Source of the DNA: Octopus sinensis
Lineage: Eukaryota
Length of the DNA stretch: 64,000 bases
NCBI RefSeq assembly: GCF_006345805.1
Contig: NC_042999.1
Coordinates: forward strand, 158,658,001 to 158,722,000
Direction of reading: 5' to 3'
Part shown: one piece after another, positions 1 through 12,919 of the stretch
Layout of the letters: each line of letters begins with the position of its first letter
How positions within the stretch are numbered: position 1 is the stretch's first letter
Notes under the pieces: generated by a model
Seen by the model: only the letters and a program-made list of their open reading frames with translations
Databases searched by the model: none
Told to the model about the DNA's origin: nothing
Program-made: the position numbers and the translations under genes

Positions 1-569
1 CTCCAATAAGAATATTTCAGAATGTTTCGGTGTCAATCTGAGTACAGTGCAGAGGAGTCGAAAGAGTTGGACGAGTCTAATGATGATTACGAAGGTACGG
101 CAGTTCGGAAAACTCACACTGGTCGTTCTGATAAGAAAAGAACTCCTGAATTTGTTGGTGAGATCCAGACCATGATTGACAATGATCCCGCCAAGTCAAT
201 CAGGTCTAGGCCAGGGACAAGGGAGTTTCTTATTAGGCAGGTAGTACAGGAAGACATTCGGTATTCTTCTTACGAGATGTGAAAGGGCCAAGTGTTACCA
301 AAAGCCATCAAGGACAAGAGGACAGACCGCGCTCTGAAGCTTTTGAACAAACTCAATCATCCCCTTGAGTTTGTTCAGGCTTTGGGTTTTCTCACACAGG
401 AAAAATTCTGCCAGGGTCAGATGGTGAACACACAGAACAAGCGTTGGCCTGCCATATCCCAAAACATGTACTGAGCGTGATAAAAACGAAACATCCAGTC
501 AACATCATGGTGTTTGGTGTGATCACTAGTGATGGCGACGTTATTATGCCTCCATTCATCTTCCCACGT
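1..569 (+). mobile_element. Tc1/mariner-superfamily transposase remnant (frameshifted; N-terminal HTH to first catalytic region)
   Basis: Consecutive broken frames give KRTPEFVGEIQTMIDNDPAKSIR, IRQVVQEDIRYSSY, KLLNKLNHP, EKFCQ..VNTQNKRW and KTKHPVNIMVFGVITSDG..MPPFIFP, typical of IS630/Tc1/mariner transposases. Truncated by (TA)n at 571. Confidence 0.7.
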
Positions 570-616
<47 letters not shown>

Positions 617-620
<4 letters not shown>

Positions 621-798
621 ATCCAAACATGAAAGCACAAAAAAACACAACAACGCGGGGATGTGGAACAATTATAGTATTATTGGAGGGTTTAACGTTT
701 CGAGCGGAGCTCTTCGTCGGAAACATAGGAGAAGGAAAGATCCAGAGAAGTGAAGACAGAGGAAAAAATCGCCAACGGTACACACGCGGTCACATTTT
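617..798 (-). mobile_element. Short interspersed repeat (family A, PLE pLTR-like) embedded in (TA)n
   Basis: Homologous to 9900-10110 (same orientation) and 27795-28001 (opposite). Flanked by (TA)n on both sides. Carries a hammerhead-like motif. Confidence 0.65.
690..724 (-). ncRNA. Minimal type I hammerhead-like motif (U4C variant)
   Basis: Minus strand reads GTTT-CCGACGA-A-GAGC-TCC-GCTC-GAAAC-GTT-AAAC: stem I GTTT/AAAC, stem II GAGC/GCTC. Confidence 0.55.
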
Positions 799-811
799 AT
801 ATATATATATA

Positions 812-1466
812 TAACACTACTTAAGGATTTAGCAACAAGCTGCTTAACCAGAATACCGAAAAAGTTAGAAATAGCAGCCAAAAGACCGTTATTTCTTTTC
901 GCTACAAAATATGACTTCATAGATAACCCTCTCTGTAACTCACACACGCAAAAAAGAAGGAAAATATTTAAATCAAACAGTCTTCGGTTAATTATAGACG
1001 CGTTTCTGGATTAGAATTATAAAACTCATTTCCTTATCAACATAATATTCCGATAGTTATAAATTAGAAAATGCTAGAAAACTTACCCTTTGCATTTCTG
1101 ATCAAGCGACATCAGAACATCACACAAGGCAGTTAGCATATCCGAATTTATATAGACCAGTGAAATTCATATTTCCCCCAATATTTTACCACGTGCGTCA
1201 CGAGACAGTACTGCAGAAAATAGATCCGCAGCTTTTTTTTTTTATCAGGGAGTAAAATAATCATTATATATATATAGGGTAAAAAAAATTAATTTTTCGG
1301 TATGTGGTTAAGCAACTTGTTGCTAAACCCTTAATTATTGCTATAATTATATATAAAACTTCTTGTATAAAGTTTTTACCGAATATGGTTCCTTTCTATA
1401 CCAAAACTACTTGGTGAAATTTATTAATTATAGATTACTAATTTTTTTTACCCTATATCTATAATG

Positions 1467-1470
<4 letters not shown>
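812..1470. mobile_element. PLE-like pLTR remnant with internal inverted segments
   Basis: ~820-870 is inverted relative to ~1295-1335, and ~1257-1292 relative to ~1438-1470. Shares the motifs GAAATAGCAGYCAAA and TTGCTAAACCCTTAATT with 30717-31984. Flanked by (TA)n. Confidence 0.55.
991..1046 (-). ncRNA. Degenerate type I hammerhead motif
   Basis: Minus strand ATTATG-TTGATAA(core with 2 changes)-GGA...TCC-A-GAAAC-GC-GTC-TATAAT. Stem I and the GUC triplet are intact. Confidence 0.45.
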
Positions 1471-1519
<49 letters not shown>

Positions 1520-2304
1520 AATATGTTGGGTTTAGTTCACTTGAGATCCAAATAAATAGGTACGCTAGGTAAGGGCTATAGTTGGACGACCGTTACGTTC
1601 CAAGATTACAGCTAAGGCTGGATCTAGGGAGCCCTGTTAGGATTCAGTTATAACAGGCTCTGCTTGGTTTTGATTTTCCTCTAATATAATATGTGTGTCT
1701 GAATGTGTGTGTGTGTGGAGGGTATGTGTGTGTGTACATGTTGTGCACGAATGTTTGTGGCTAACGAAATTAAAGTTACCTGCGACATTAGCACTTTGAT
1801 CTGAATTTACTAAGATATTCTCACGCTTGTGAAATAATTCATTATTCGTTATGAATATAGAAGATATTCGAAAAGATATGCTTAATCATCAAGTTTAATG
1901 TACACGATGTTACTCCTAAAACTAACAATACTTTGATATTCAATGGCGTGTAACATTGAAGCCAGGTGGGCTTCATGCAGATGCATGGTTTTCCGCTCTT
2001 CTACCGTCTTCAATCTGGCCGTGCTATTTCCAGTTTCTTTCCGCTCCTACCAATCCTTTCCTTCAAGCACGGCCGTATCATCTGCAGCATCCTTGTCCAT
2101 ATTTTTTTCTTTCCAACACCCTACCCCTTTCTGAATAACTTCCGTACACCAGCTCCTGCAGTCATACCTGCACTTTCCTCTCTAATCGCACATAACTTGC
2201 ACTTCCCTTTCCCTTACCACACGAAACCACCACATTTTCCATTTCCACTAAGCATTTTATGCATTCTATTTTTCCCACTGCAATCTTTTCTGTATCTGGT
2301 AATC

Positions 2305-2410
2305 ATGACACTGACTGGTTGATAGATTCAAAGAACACTGGACAGACATCCAATGGGGCAACAAGTATCCTGCCTCACGACATTTCACCTGAAACTTTTC
2401 GGTCTTTGCA
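2305..2410 (+). pseudogene. Penelope-like GIY-YIG endonuclease fragment
   Basis: Translates LVDRFKEHWTDIQWGNKYPASRHFT, matching the L..RF.EH..DI....P.A.HF pattern of Neptune-type PLE endonucleases. Confidence 0.5.
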
Positions 2411-2552
2411 TGTCACCTACACCAAGTCTCTTCTACCATAGCCCTGGACCTACTAAGCTTCGTGCGTGGATGTGGTGGACGGAAACTGAGGTGCCCATCG
2501 CATATATGCATATATATATATATCAAAAGAAAAACAGGATGCAAAGGATTTA

Positions 2553-2639
2553 GCGGCACATATGTTTCTGGCTTTATTGGACTGTTTATATCAATGCATA
2601 ATTGATGTAACATGTATGTCAATAGCCTTCCTCAGCCGC
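2553..2639 (-). ncRNA. Type I hammerhead motif with mutated cleavage triplet
   Basis: Minus strand GCGG-CTGAGGA-aGGCT...AGCCa-GAAAC-ATAT-GTG-CCGC. Stem I is perfect and stem III (ACATATGT) is palindromic, but the triplet is GUG rather than NUH. Confidence 0.55.
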
Positions 2640-2661
2640 GTACAATTACCACACCAAGGGT

Positions 2662-2695
<34 letters not shown>

Positions 2696-3399
2696 TAATC
2701 TATCCGTGATAGAAAAATTCAACAAAAAGAGCACTCCATTTGGCGAGAGATAAATGTTATTATTTAAAGGTCACAATACATGTATCGAAGTGCTAATAGT
2801 AGTGTCATAGGTCGAGAGAACTCGAACATATTCTTCAGGCATAAAACACATGTCATAATGAACTAAAAAATTGCATAAATGGAAGAAACGCGATGAAGCT
2901 GAGAAGGCTGCATATAGAAAACGCAGACAGTAAACAACGGAAAACGAAAAGCGGAAAACGAGACTTGAGTGTCAAAAAGTAAAAAGTGCTATCCTCCTTA
3001 GGCCCGTAACTGATAAGGCTGGAAAGATATCAAATCAGTGAAGAATAGGCAGAATTTTCCAATTCTTCAGAATATATTTATGCATATGCATGCAACCACT
3101 GAAAATCTCTTACCTGGAGTTCAATAAAGAGTTAGGTATCATAGATCTAAAGAGGGTCTGCGCTCTTTCAGCCAAACAAAGTCTTCATTTATTCGATGTA
3201 TTTACATAGGAACAAAAATAAAGCTACAAAGTTGGCTAGCTGTGTATAGACTTTGAAAGATAAAGAAACACTGCATGTGATTAAATGGAAAATAATTGAG
3301 AAACCTATACCTTATGTGACTGGATCGAATAAATTTATTCCTGACTGATATCTTCCCAGCCTTATCATTTAACTCCTAACGAGAATAGCACTTTTTATT

Positions 3400-3740
3400 C
3401 CTTTCATTCTTTCATCTCCTCTTAATTCTTTTTTACCCTTTTTTATCTTCCTTCCACCCTCTCTCTGCAACATTCCCGTATTTACTTATCTGTACTCTGT
3501 CTATCACTCTTTTCCTCCTTTCTGCACGGCCTCTCCTATAACTTCTGTTTTAGATTAGCAGCCCATGTTATTCGGCGTCCATTGTCAGTTGCAGCAAGTT
3601 TTTCAAGCTCAGAGGACATAAACACTATTTGTCTTTCTTCAACTTCTCTTTTTCTGTACACCCTGATGAAGGATTACATCCGAAACGTTGGGTGTTCCAC
3701 TCTTCACGGCAAGTTCACTGTACCTCTTTCACTTTTTCTC
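3400..3740 (+). mobile_element. PLE pLTR-like repeat (family B)
   Basis: Homologous to 7290-7600, which directly follows a PLE endonuclease remnant. Contains a hammerhead core. Confidence 0.6.
3658..3695 (+). ncRNA. Minimal hammerhead-like motif
   Basis: ACACC-CTGATGA-A-GGAT-TAC-ATCC-GAAAC-GTTG-GGTGT: intact core and stems I and II; cleavage-site register is ambiguous. Confidence 0.55.
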
Positions 3741-4164
3741 TATATACATGTACGAGTGTGTGTACATAAATGCATATATGTACATATGTATGTATGTATG
3801 TTTCTATCTACCTTCACACACACAGAAACACACACACACAGAAACACACACACACACACACATACACACACACCACACACACACACACACACACATACAC
3901 ACACACACACACATGCACACATCTGCTGCAGACAATCCGCTGTCTTTCTCGTCATTCAGTGAAGTAGTGTTTGACATACTGAAAGCAACACAAAACAACA
4001 CGAAAATACACATAATTATGTTAAACGTCCCAGTACGATTGTACCTGAATCTACATACATGTTACCTGCAATTCTGAAGTACGTATTTCAATCCATTCAA
4101 AAACATTGCATGATCAACTTCAGCTGAACTATAAATTAATTAATCATTAAGTTGTTGGTGTTTT

Positions 4165-4387
4165 ATTACTCTTTTTGCTCTTTTACTCTTTTACTTGTTT
4201 CAGTCATTTGACTGCGGCCATGCTGGAGCACCGCTTTTAGTCGAGCAAATCGACCCCGGGACTTATTCTTTGTAAGCCCAGTACTTATTCTATCGGTCTC
4301 TTTTTGCCGAACCGCTAAGTGACGGGGACGTTAACACACCAGCATCGGTTGTCAAGCAATGCTAGGGGGACAAACACAGACACACAA

Positions 4388-4431
<44 letters not shown>

Positions 4432-4437
4432 GTATAT

Positions 4438-4469
<32 letters not shown>

Positions 4470-4641
4470 CATATATACAACAGGCTTTTTTCAGTTTCCG
4501 TCTACCAAATCCACTCACAAGGCATTGGTCGGCCCGGGGCTATAGCAGAAGACACTTGCCCAAGATGCCACACAGTAGGACTGAACCCGGAACCATGTGG
4601 TTGGTTAGCAAGCTACTTACCACACAACCACTCCTGCGCCT
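4165..4641 (-). mobile_element. tRNA-derived SINE family 1 (full length, internal TA/CA microsatellite)
   Basis: Minus-strand head AGGCGCAGGAGTGG..TGTGGTAAGTAGCTTGCTAACCAACCACATGGTTCCGGGTTCAGTCC (A/B-box-like) and (GAGTAAAA)n-type tail. Many copies in the window. Confidence 0.85.
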
Positions 4642-5077
4642 ATTGTGTAAAAGTTTTATGAATAATGAAGAATGAGAAAGATTCGTTTGTTTGGCTAATT
4701 CCGTTGTAAAATTTTGGTTTCGTTCCAGTAACATTATCGCATAAAACTCACGAAGATAAACATTACATTTTGATATAATTTAGTACTAATCACCTCTTCT
4801 CCCAATTGTAGGAGCGTAATAATCCAGTCATGTATTTTATTGTTGTACTTGTTAACCGAATTTGGCGTTCTTGATTTATGAAGCAAAACAGAGAAGTTAA
4901 TACATGAAACATCTTCATTTTCGATTCCTCATCTTTAATTCACTGTTTCTTGTTTAAGCATTTTAAATATTTGTATTAGTTGTTTAATGTCAGATCGACC
5001 CTGAATGAACAGGTCATGGATTAAATTCGTGTCAAACATGACCATCACCTTTTTTATTCAGTGATATAGATAGCTTC

Positions 5078-5463
5078 GTGGAGGCGCAATGGCCCAGTGG
5101 TTAGGGCAGCGGACTCGCGGTCATAGGATCGCGGTTTCGATTCCCAGACCGGGCGTTGTGAGTGTTTATTGAGCAAAAACATCGAAAAGGTCCACGAGGC
5201 TCCGGCAGGGGATGGTGGTGATCCCTGCTGTACTCTTTCACCACAACTTTCTCTCACCCTTACTTCCTGTTTCTGTTGTACCTGTATTTCAAAGGGCCGG
5301 CCTTGTCACTCTCTGTGTCACGCTGAATATCCTCGAGAACTACGTTAAGGGTACACGTGTCTGTGGAGTGCTCAGCCACTTACATGTTAATTTCACGAGC
5401 AGGCTGTTCCGTTGATTCGGATCAACCGGAACCCTCATCGTCGTAACCGACGGAGTGCTTCCC
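5078..5463 (+). mobile_element. tRNA-derived SINE family 2 (young copy)
   Basis: A box TGGCCCAGTGG, B-box-like GTTTCGATTCCC, 12-bp TSD ATAGATAGCTTC (5066-5077 / 5464-5475). Near-identical inverted copy at 44078-44467. Confidence 0.9.
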
Positions 5464-6869
5464 ATAGATAGCTTCAATAATATTTTCCAATTTACCATTC
5501 ATTTCTTAAGAAAGTAACGTAAACTTTGAGTAAGATTTTGTTGCTTCTATTCACAATTTGATCGAGTAGCTACTCGATTCTCTTCTCTTCTCTTCTAAAT
5601 TTTATATCTATCAGTACTTTAGTGCCATATTGCCAATCACGCCTATAACAACTGTTCATTATTTATTTCGTAGTCGATGAAGTAGACGCCAGTCATACAT
5701 TGGCGTCAATTCAATCTTATAGACATCTCCACTGAAATTTCAAATTCTGTGATTATTTGAGAAGTCAATATAAAACAAATATTTTCTAAGAATAATCATT
5801 GTTTGATAAGAATATTTCATCTACTTATATATACTTTTAATTACTCAATTTCCATCAAATCAATACTATCGTCTCCAAACACAGTAGTTTGTTTTTAACA
5901 TAAAAATATCAAACTGATATTGAGACAAATCACGAATGTGATGCGGCAGTCATGTCATATATAACACGTCTAACAACCGTTCGATAACTATAAATATACA
6001 TATTGTTTTATTGTCGCTGCATTCATTAACGCCAAACAAAGGCAGTATGTATAAATGCATAATTCCCTGAAACTAGCGAGAATTTCTATTTCTGTCAAGT
6101 AACAAAAGGCTGATTTGGAGGAGAATCTATACTTTACTTTAAATTGTGCAACTTTGATCTGTACAGACTGAATTTTTACGAACATATTAGCAGCAATACG
6201 TGTATCGTAACATTTTTATAAGTAGCACCGAAGACCATAAGATAATCTCACAGTGAACAGAGTCTTCAAAGTAGTTTCCATTTCTAGTTTTAGTGAATTT
6301 ACTTTTGAAGTATATGCTAATGTTTCCTGGAAAAGCATACAGTTTTCAGTTTGTATAACCACCATCCTTGAAGTCAATTGGTATTGAACGTTATTGGATA
6401 CGTCTATTGAATAGTGAGCAAGCATATACCCTGAATATTGAATACATACATGTTTGTATTTAATGTGGTTCGAAAGTTAGTACAAGGAAAAGGTATTAAA
6501 AGGAAAAATAACCGCCATATCCGCTCATCATCGTCTGGGAGCCCATTCGTTGCGATCTACCTCATAACCAAGCAAATTTTCAGATTCTGTTTAAGTGATT
6601 ACGGGTGAAAGATTTATACAGATTAGCTTAAATTTACTGTCTAACGTAGAAGAATCCAGACATATATTTAGAATTTCTAGCGCCAGTGAATTTTTCTTTT
6701 AAATTACAATAACTGCTGTGCAGATGGAGCCAAATAATCTCATTCCCTCGAAATGCAGGTTTTATGCCTAAACTTACAAATATTTATTAGTCAAAGTCTA
6801 GCAGCTTAGGTGAGTGATATTCTAGCAATGAAAATCCTGAATTTTATGCTATTTCCTTTCATCATGTGT

Positions 6870-7600
6870 AGACGATTGGTAAATTCGGTTCTGCACCGAA
6901 GAAATGTCTTGCATGTGGTAATCTCAACAATATTACCCCTATCAAGGGGCCCAAGAAGCAATATCACATAACTCACCACTTCTGTTGTACTTTGGCGAAT
7001 CTCCTATACTGCATCATATGCAAACTCAGTCGTGCTCTTTACATTACAAAAAAAAAGGGTGACGTCTTGGGGAACGATTTCCTGAACACATCAGAAGTAT
7101 AATGCTACATATGCCACGCCGACCTGCCGCAACCCTCTTCAGCACTGTGAATCATTCTATTGCAGATTTATCAGTGTATTGCATGGACTTGCACCGCAGC
7201 CCCCCGTCTTCTAGGAAACGAAAGGAGCAGCTTCTCATATGTGATATTGTCACTATGTCCCAGACAGGTATGAAGGAACGTTTTCCGTTTCATCCTTTCA
7301 AATGCTCTTAATTTTCTTTTTACCCCTTTTAATCTTCCTTTCCCCCCTCTCTCTGCAACATTCCCGTATTTACTTATCTCTACTCTTTCTTTCACTCTTT
7401 TCCTCCTCCTGTCTGCACGCCCTGACCTATAACTTCTGTTTCACGTTAGCAGCCCGTGTTATTCTCCGTCTATTATCAGTTGCAGCCAGTGTTTCAAGCT
7501 GAGAGGATATAACCTCTATTTGTTTCTCTTCAACTTCTCTTTTTCTGTACTCCCTGACGAAGGATTGCATCCGAAACGCTGGATATTCCACTCCTCACAG
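6870..7600 (+). mobile_element. Neptune-type Penelope-like element 3' remnant: Cys-rich linker/GIY-YIG endonuclease plus pLTR
   Basis: KKCLACGNLNNITPIKGPKKQYHITHHFCCTLANLLYCIICK and NHSIADLSV...RKRKEQLLI..I.TM..TGMKERF resemble the PLE endonuclease. Followed by a family-B repeat with a hammerhead core, then (TA)n. Confidence 0.7.
7549..7586 (+). ncRNA. Minimal hammerhead-like motif (degenerate)
   Basis: CC-CTGACGA-A-GGAT-TGC-ATCC-GAAAC-GCTG; homologue of 3658-3695. Confidence 0.45.
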
Positions 7601-7626
7601 TTACACACGATTCATTGCAGTTAGCC

Positions 7627-7703
<77 letters not shown>

Positions 7704-7784
7704 TGTGTGTGTCTGTGTGTGTGTTTGTATGTGTGTGTGCGTGCGTGTGTGTGTATGGATATATATATATATGTGTATAAATAT

Positions 7785-8140
7785 ACGGGTTCCACTGCGT
7801 GGCCCCTTGAGCAGGTGTTTTCTACTATAGCCATGGGCTGACCAAAGCCTTATGAGTATATGAGGTTAACGGAAACTGAAAGAAGCCCGTCGTGTGTATA
7901 TATGTATATATGTTCATGTGTGTGTGTGCCTTTGTGTCTGTGTTTGTCCCCGCACCATCGCTTGACTACCCATGTTAGTGTGTTTAAGTCCCTGAAAATT
8001 AGCAGTTCGGCAAAAGAGCCTGATAGAATAAGTACTAGGCTTACACAGAATAAGCCCTGTGGTCGATTTCTTCGACTAAAGGTGATGCTTCAGCATGGCC
8101 GCAGTAAAATGACTGAAACATGTAAATGCGTAAGAAAGTA
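7785..8140 (+). mobile_element. SINE family 1, 5'-eroded diverged copy
   Basis: Matches the body of 4165-4641 (GGAAACTGAAAGAAGCCCGTC...CAGCATGGCCGCAGT). Confidence 0.75.
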
Positions 8141-8489
8141 AAGGAATATATATATATATATATATATATATAACAAAGCAAAGTTGTAAGGTACCGCAAG
8201 AGTGGAAATATATACGAAAGAAGGTTTGAAAATTCCATTCTGACAGGTTTCTTAAAAACTTGTAAATTGTTTTTAACATTTTCTTATTATTATTAAAGAA
8301 TGTGTTTCTGTTTTTTTAATACTTTTGTGACAACCAGTACTTAACACAACAAAGCTCATACAAATCTTTACTTTTGACGTTTGACAGCCTTTTTTCTAAA
8401 AAATGAAACCGGTCAAGTGAATAACATATTTAAAATTACATTTTCAAACCTTCTTTCATATATATGTATATATATATATATGCGAGCAA

Positions 8490-8850
8490 AACGCCCCCCC
8501 CCCATCCAATGGACGGTGCTGAGTTGTCAAACATTTAAACTAAATTTTCGCAAAACAACTTGGCTTCCCCTTTGAAAAACACTGATTTAACCTAAATTTG
8601 AGACATCAGCAAAAGAAGAAATAAAGAGAGACTTTTTTCTATTCCAAAGAAAAACGATTCCCCACGGCTTTATCGATCCCATTCTAACCTGGAATCGATT
8701 TCTGTAATTTTTTCAAGTTCTATACACGCCCTGATACCGTCGGTATCTACATATCAAATTTGAGCGCAATCGGATGGAGGATGCCCGAGATTCTAGAAGC
8801 CACAAACACACATACACACACACAGACAGAACGGATTTTATATAAGAGAT
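8490..8850 (-). mobile_element. Possible non-autonomous Helitron-like fragment
   Basis: Ends in ACAGACAGA...TTTTATATAAGAGAT, like the termini of the Helitrons at 40282 and 54395. The other end is not recognisable. Confidence 0.3.
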
Positions 8851-9719
8851 ATGTATGCTTGCACACACATACACACATATGCATATGTATATGTATATGT
8901 GTATGTATATATGTGTGTGTGTATGTGTGTGTGTGCGCGCATATTTGTATGCATGTCAGTATGTTAAATATACGATACGATCTCATTCATGAAATGGCGA
9001 TTTGAGAATTACAAGACAGAAACATTCTTTACATGTGTTTGAAATATGTCGATAAATTCAATAATATCAGCGAATCCAATCGGTTCGAAGACAAATCGGA
9101 ATGAGTTAGTTAGAAGTAGGTATTCTTTTAAAACTAAATTGATAAGAGTAACAAACGTGATTCGCTCTTTCTTAATCGCATTAGCTAAGCCAATTTCTCT
9201 AGATATTCAAGACGGAAAAGTTACAATATATAGAGGTGAATGGGTGACGATGTTTATGAATTGAAATATCAAAGGCGACGAAAGTTGCCTGAGGGAACAC
9301 TCTACTTTGTAACTGTATATGCTGTAACCTATCACATATTGCACTGAGATTTCGAAAACATCGCTTAGCTTAACTGATTACAAAAGAAACACTATTTGTA
9401 TGGTTCTTTAAAATCTAGAAGTAATATCAATGGAAATAATGTAATAAAATCGTTATGTCCAGCTTCGGAAGTAAATGAAGACAATATTGTTAAGAAAGTC
9501 GAAATGGCACCTATTCACATAAGCTGGAAAACGGAGAAATGATTAGCCTATGGGTTTCTGCACAGATCCTATATACTACACTCTGTTCAGACGACCATAA
9601 ATATGAGCTGGTGTGAGAGGACAATTGCACAAATTCATGTGGAAAAAACTATTTATGGACATCTCTCCATGCATCAACCTATTAAACATCAATCAAACAC
9701 ACATACATATATACTTTTA

Positions 9720-9799
<80 letters not shown>

Positions 9800-9851
9800 T
9801 AGTAATACCAGCGATTATAATTATTTTTATTTTATCGCATTTTGATTTGTT

Positions 9852-9883
<32 letters not shown>

Positions 9884-9899
9884 CGTATAAATATGTATA

Positions 9900-10110
9900 A
9901 AGCTAATCCAAACATAAAAACACAAAGAGAAAACACAACAACGCGAGGACGTGGAACAAGTATAATGTTATTGGACACTCAGGAAAGGAAAGAAAGGGGA
10001 GGATTCAACGTTTTGAGCGAAGCTCTTCGTCAGAAACATAGAAACGGGAAAGATCCAAGGAAGGGAAGACGGAAGAAAAAAAACGCCAACAATACACACG
10101 CGGTCACGCG
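9900..10110 (-). mobile_element. Family A repeat with hammerhead-like motif (10003-10037)
   Basis: Homologous to 617-798. Minus strand GTTT-CTGACGA-A-GAGC-TTC-GCTC-AAAAC-GTT-GAAT (G12A change). Confidence 0.6.
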
Positions 10111-10314
10111 CACTAACATGCATACACACCACACACACATACACATGTATAGCCATCTATTCATTTTTGTGTATATATGTACGGATGTACTTGGGTATAT
10201 ATGTATATATGTGTATATACACATATGAAAGCTCGCACGCACACAGACGTATATATAAATTAAGCATTAGTGTTAACTCAAAGCCCTTCGGAGATAGGTG
10301 TGGTGAGTGGCATA

Positions 10315-10325
10315 TAATAATAATA

Positions 10326-10367
<42 letters not shown>

Positions 10368-11205
10368 TGTGTACAGTGCTCAGGTGCACTACAACTCATC
10401 TAAAGTGTATATATAATCAGGTGTAGTTTCGGCGGATTTCGGAAAGCATGAGGGCCTTAAAGGATGCAGTGTTATGGCAGTCAACAACTGACGCAGGCAG
10501 TTTATTCCATGCTTCAGCAACTCTGAGCGTGAAAAAATGTTTCCGAAAGTCATGGGAGCTGTGTTGTTTTCTGACTTTGTAGGCATGTCCACGTGTGTTA
10601 GACACATGGAGGTCAAAAAGGTGTTCAGTGTTGTTGTTGGTGAGGTGGTTGATAACCTTGTGGGTGTTTACCAAGTCCGTCGCCAGACGCCGGAGCTTCA
10701 GTGAATCCATGCCCAGGGAAACAAGGCGCTCAGAATATGGTAGGTGTCTGATGGAGGGTATGCGTTTGGTTGCACGTCTCTGGACTGATTCCAGGAAGTC
10801 AATGTTCTGAGCAAGATAGGGATTCCAAACTGATGATGCGAATTCCAAGTGTGGTCGTACCATAGCTGCATACAGTTTTAAATAGATGGCTGGAGAGCGG
10901 CTAACAAAAGTCTTGCTGAGTGATGCCAAGACACCCTCGGCCTTCTTGACAATTTTAGAGATATGCTTTGTCCAACGCAAATCACTGCTGACAGTGATGC
11001 CTAGGTCACGCTCGCGAGAGGATTTCTTGATATCAGTGTTGTGGAGGGAGTATGTGGACGCAGGGTTTTTTCTCCCAAACTGCATGGTGGTACACTTGTC
11101 CACAGCCAGTTTCAGTTGCCAGTCTGTGATCCATTGCTGCATTGTGTCTAGGTCTGATTGCAGGAAAGAGTTGTAGACATCAGGATCAGTCCTCTTGATC
11201 CTATA
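10315..11205 (-). mobile_element. 5'-truncated CR1-group LINE with 3' stem-loop and (TTA)n tail
   Basis: Open RT C-terminal frame; short 3' UTR with an AGTGC/GCACT hairpin, followed by (TTA)n at 10315-10367. Confidence 0.85.
10417..11205 (-). pseudogene. LINE ORF2 C-terminal part (RT thumb/C-terminal domain)
   Basis: LQSDLD..QQW..DWQLKLAVDKC, ERDLGITVSSDL, VRPHLEFASSVWNP, LESVQRRATK, NTRGH..K and FF..RV..AWNKLP motifs in an uninterrupted frame. Confidence 0.85.
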
Positions 11206-11628
11206 AATAGGATTTCGATTTTCACACATCTAAAAGTTAGATTTGGATATGTGCGAAAATATAACCGGCAAGAATAATAATATATTTGCGTCTAACAGAG
11301 TACTACCTTTGGTTCACCATTTCCATAACCGGAATTGGCTTATCGGAGCTCTATCTCTCTGCTCGAGAAAGGCAATAAACATTCAAGTCATCAAATTCCA
11401 CTACCTGTAGACACCTCATAGAGAACAATTCGGTTAAGTAACCCTGGTAAAGTAAGCTTATCTGACTTGAATCGGTGTGCACACTCCTGTCGCAGTCATC
11501 ATACTCCGATTTCTAAATTTGTTACCACTCAGGGCATCCATAATCCGAGGCCATAAGAAGACTTTCTAGCATGTGTGAATTAGCACACTACACGAATTTG
11601 GAAAGCAGCCTTCTTGTTTCGAGTTGAA

Positions 11629-12743
11629 GATGGATTATTCATTGTCAACTAACAATAGTCCTTACCTGTTTTTCTCTTTTACTTATAAGCTCCGAACTTT
11701 TAGTGGCGACAGTATCATGAACGTTACTATGCATAATTTATTTCATGCAATCGATGATTGAGGTCATTCACAGCATTACTACACCGTTTGCGATGTCTCT
11801 TCTAGCAACTAATTCCTCTTCTCTTCGAGATTTTTCTTAATAGTTATATCTTTGCCGAATCTAATTCGTGCTTCCCTAATTTTTCTTTTTAACAAAACCC
11901 TTCATTTGATATTGTTGTGTTTGGTCGAGCTGTTAGAAAGAAAACTTATCCTTGAGCCTCTCTTTTGGTGGTCTGAGAAATACCTTGTTGTTGTTGCTAT
12001 TGTGGTGATGATGGTGATGTTGGTGGTGGTGGTGGTGGTTGTAGCAGTGCTGCAGAGTGACACTCCACTGTTCAGTTTCTCCACTGTAGGGATAATTATG
12101 TTAAGGTTGTTGCCTTTAGTCAAAGAAATCGATCACAGGACTTATTGTTTGTAAGCCTAATACTTATTCTATCAGTCTCTTTTGCTTAACCACTAATGCT
12201 CGGGGACTTAAATGCACTAACATGGGTTGTCAAGCGATGGTGGGGGGACAAATACAGACACAAAGGCACACACACACATAAATATATATACATATATACA
12301 CACGACAGGCTTCTTTCAGTTTCCATTAACCACATATGCTCATAAGGCTTTGGTCAGCCCGATGCTATAAAAGAAGACACTTGCCCAAGGTGCCACGCAG
12401 TGGAACCCGGGACCATGTGGTTGGGGAGCAAGTCTCTTACCACACAAACATCTGGGTTTTATTTCCTTCCTCAACTACTGAAATCAGCTTACATTTTCTT
12501 ATACATCATTATACATTATGTATGATAATGTTTATTTAGCCTCGCCTCAAGCCAGTTCTTATATAAATAAAAGGAACATGGGAGTAATTTGTTAATAATT
12601 TTTCTATATTAATGGGATGGATTATTTATTGTCAACCAACAATAGTCCTTACCTGTTTTTTTTTCTTACTTATAACCACCGAACTGTTAGTGGCGACAGT
12701 ATCATGAACGTTACTATGCATAATTTATTTCATGTAATCGATA
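11629..12743 (+). repeat. ~128-bp direct duplication (11629-11756 and 12616-12743)
   Basis: GATGGATTATT.ATTGTCAAC.AACAATAGTCCTTACCTG...GGCGACAGTATCATGAACGTTACTATGCATAATTTATTTCATG.AATCGAT occurs twice, about 1 kb apart. Confidence 0.85.
12110..12447 (-). mobile_element. SINE family 1, diverged copy
   Basis: Similarity to 4165-4641. Confidence 0.75.
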
Positions 12744-12919
12744 GTGGGGACATTAGATGTGCCCTAGAAACACATCTGTCAAATTATATTTCTTTTAATG
12801 TATCACTGTAAGAATAAAGAAAAGTTGTAGGGAATATCGTTCAAGCTAAAGTTTAACATCATTTAATCAGAATCTATTTGGTGAATTGCCTTTGAAATAA
12901 AAGCGAAGGGATCTTTTAC

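Noticed and set aside
2770-2845. Further minus-strand hammerhead (CTGAAGA...GATAC-AT-GTA); similar trace at ~33055-33125
   Set aside because: Core mutated and stem I not formable; too degenerate to call.
5078-5155. Possible tRNA gene
   Set aside because: A/B boxes are present, but there is no complete cloverleaf and it is the head of a TSD-flanked SINE.
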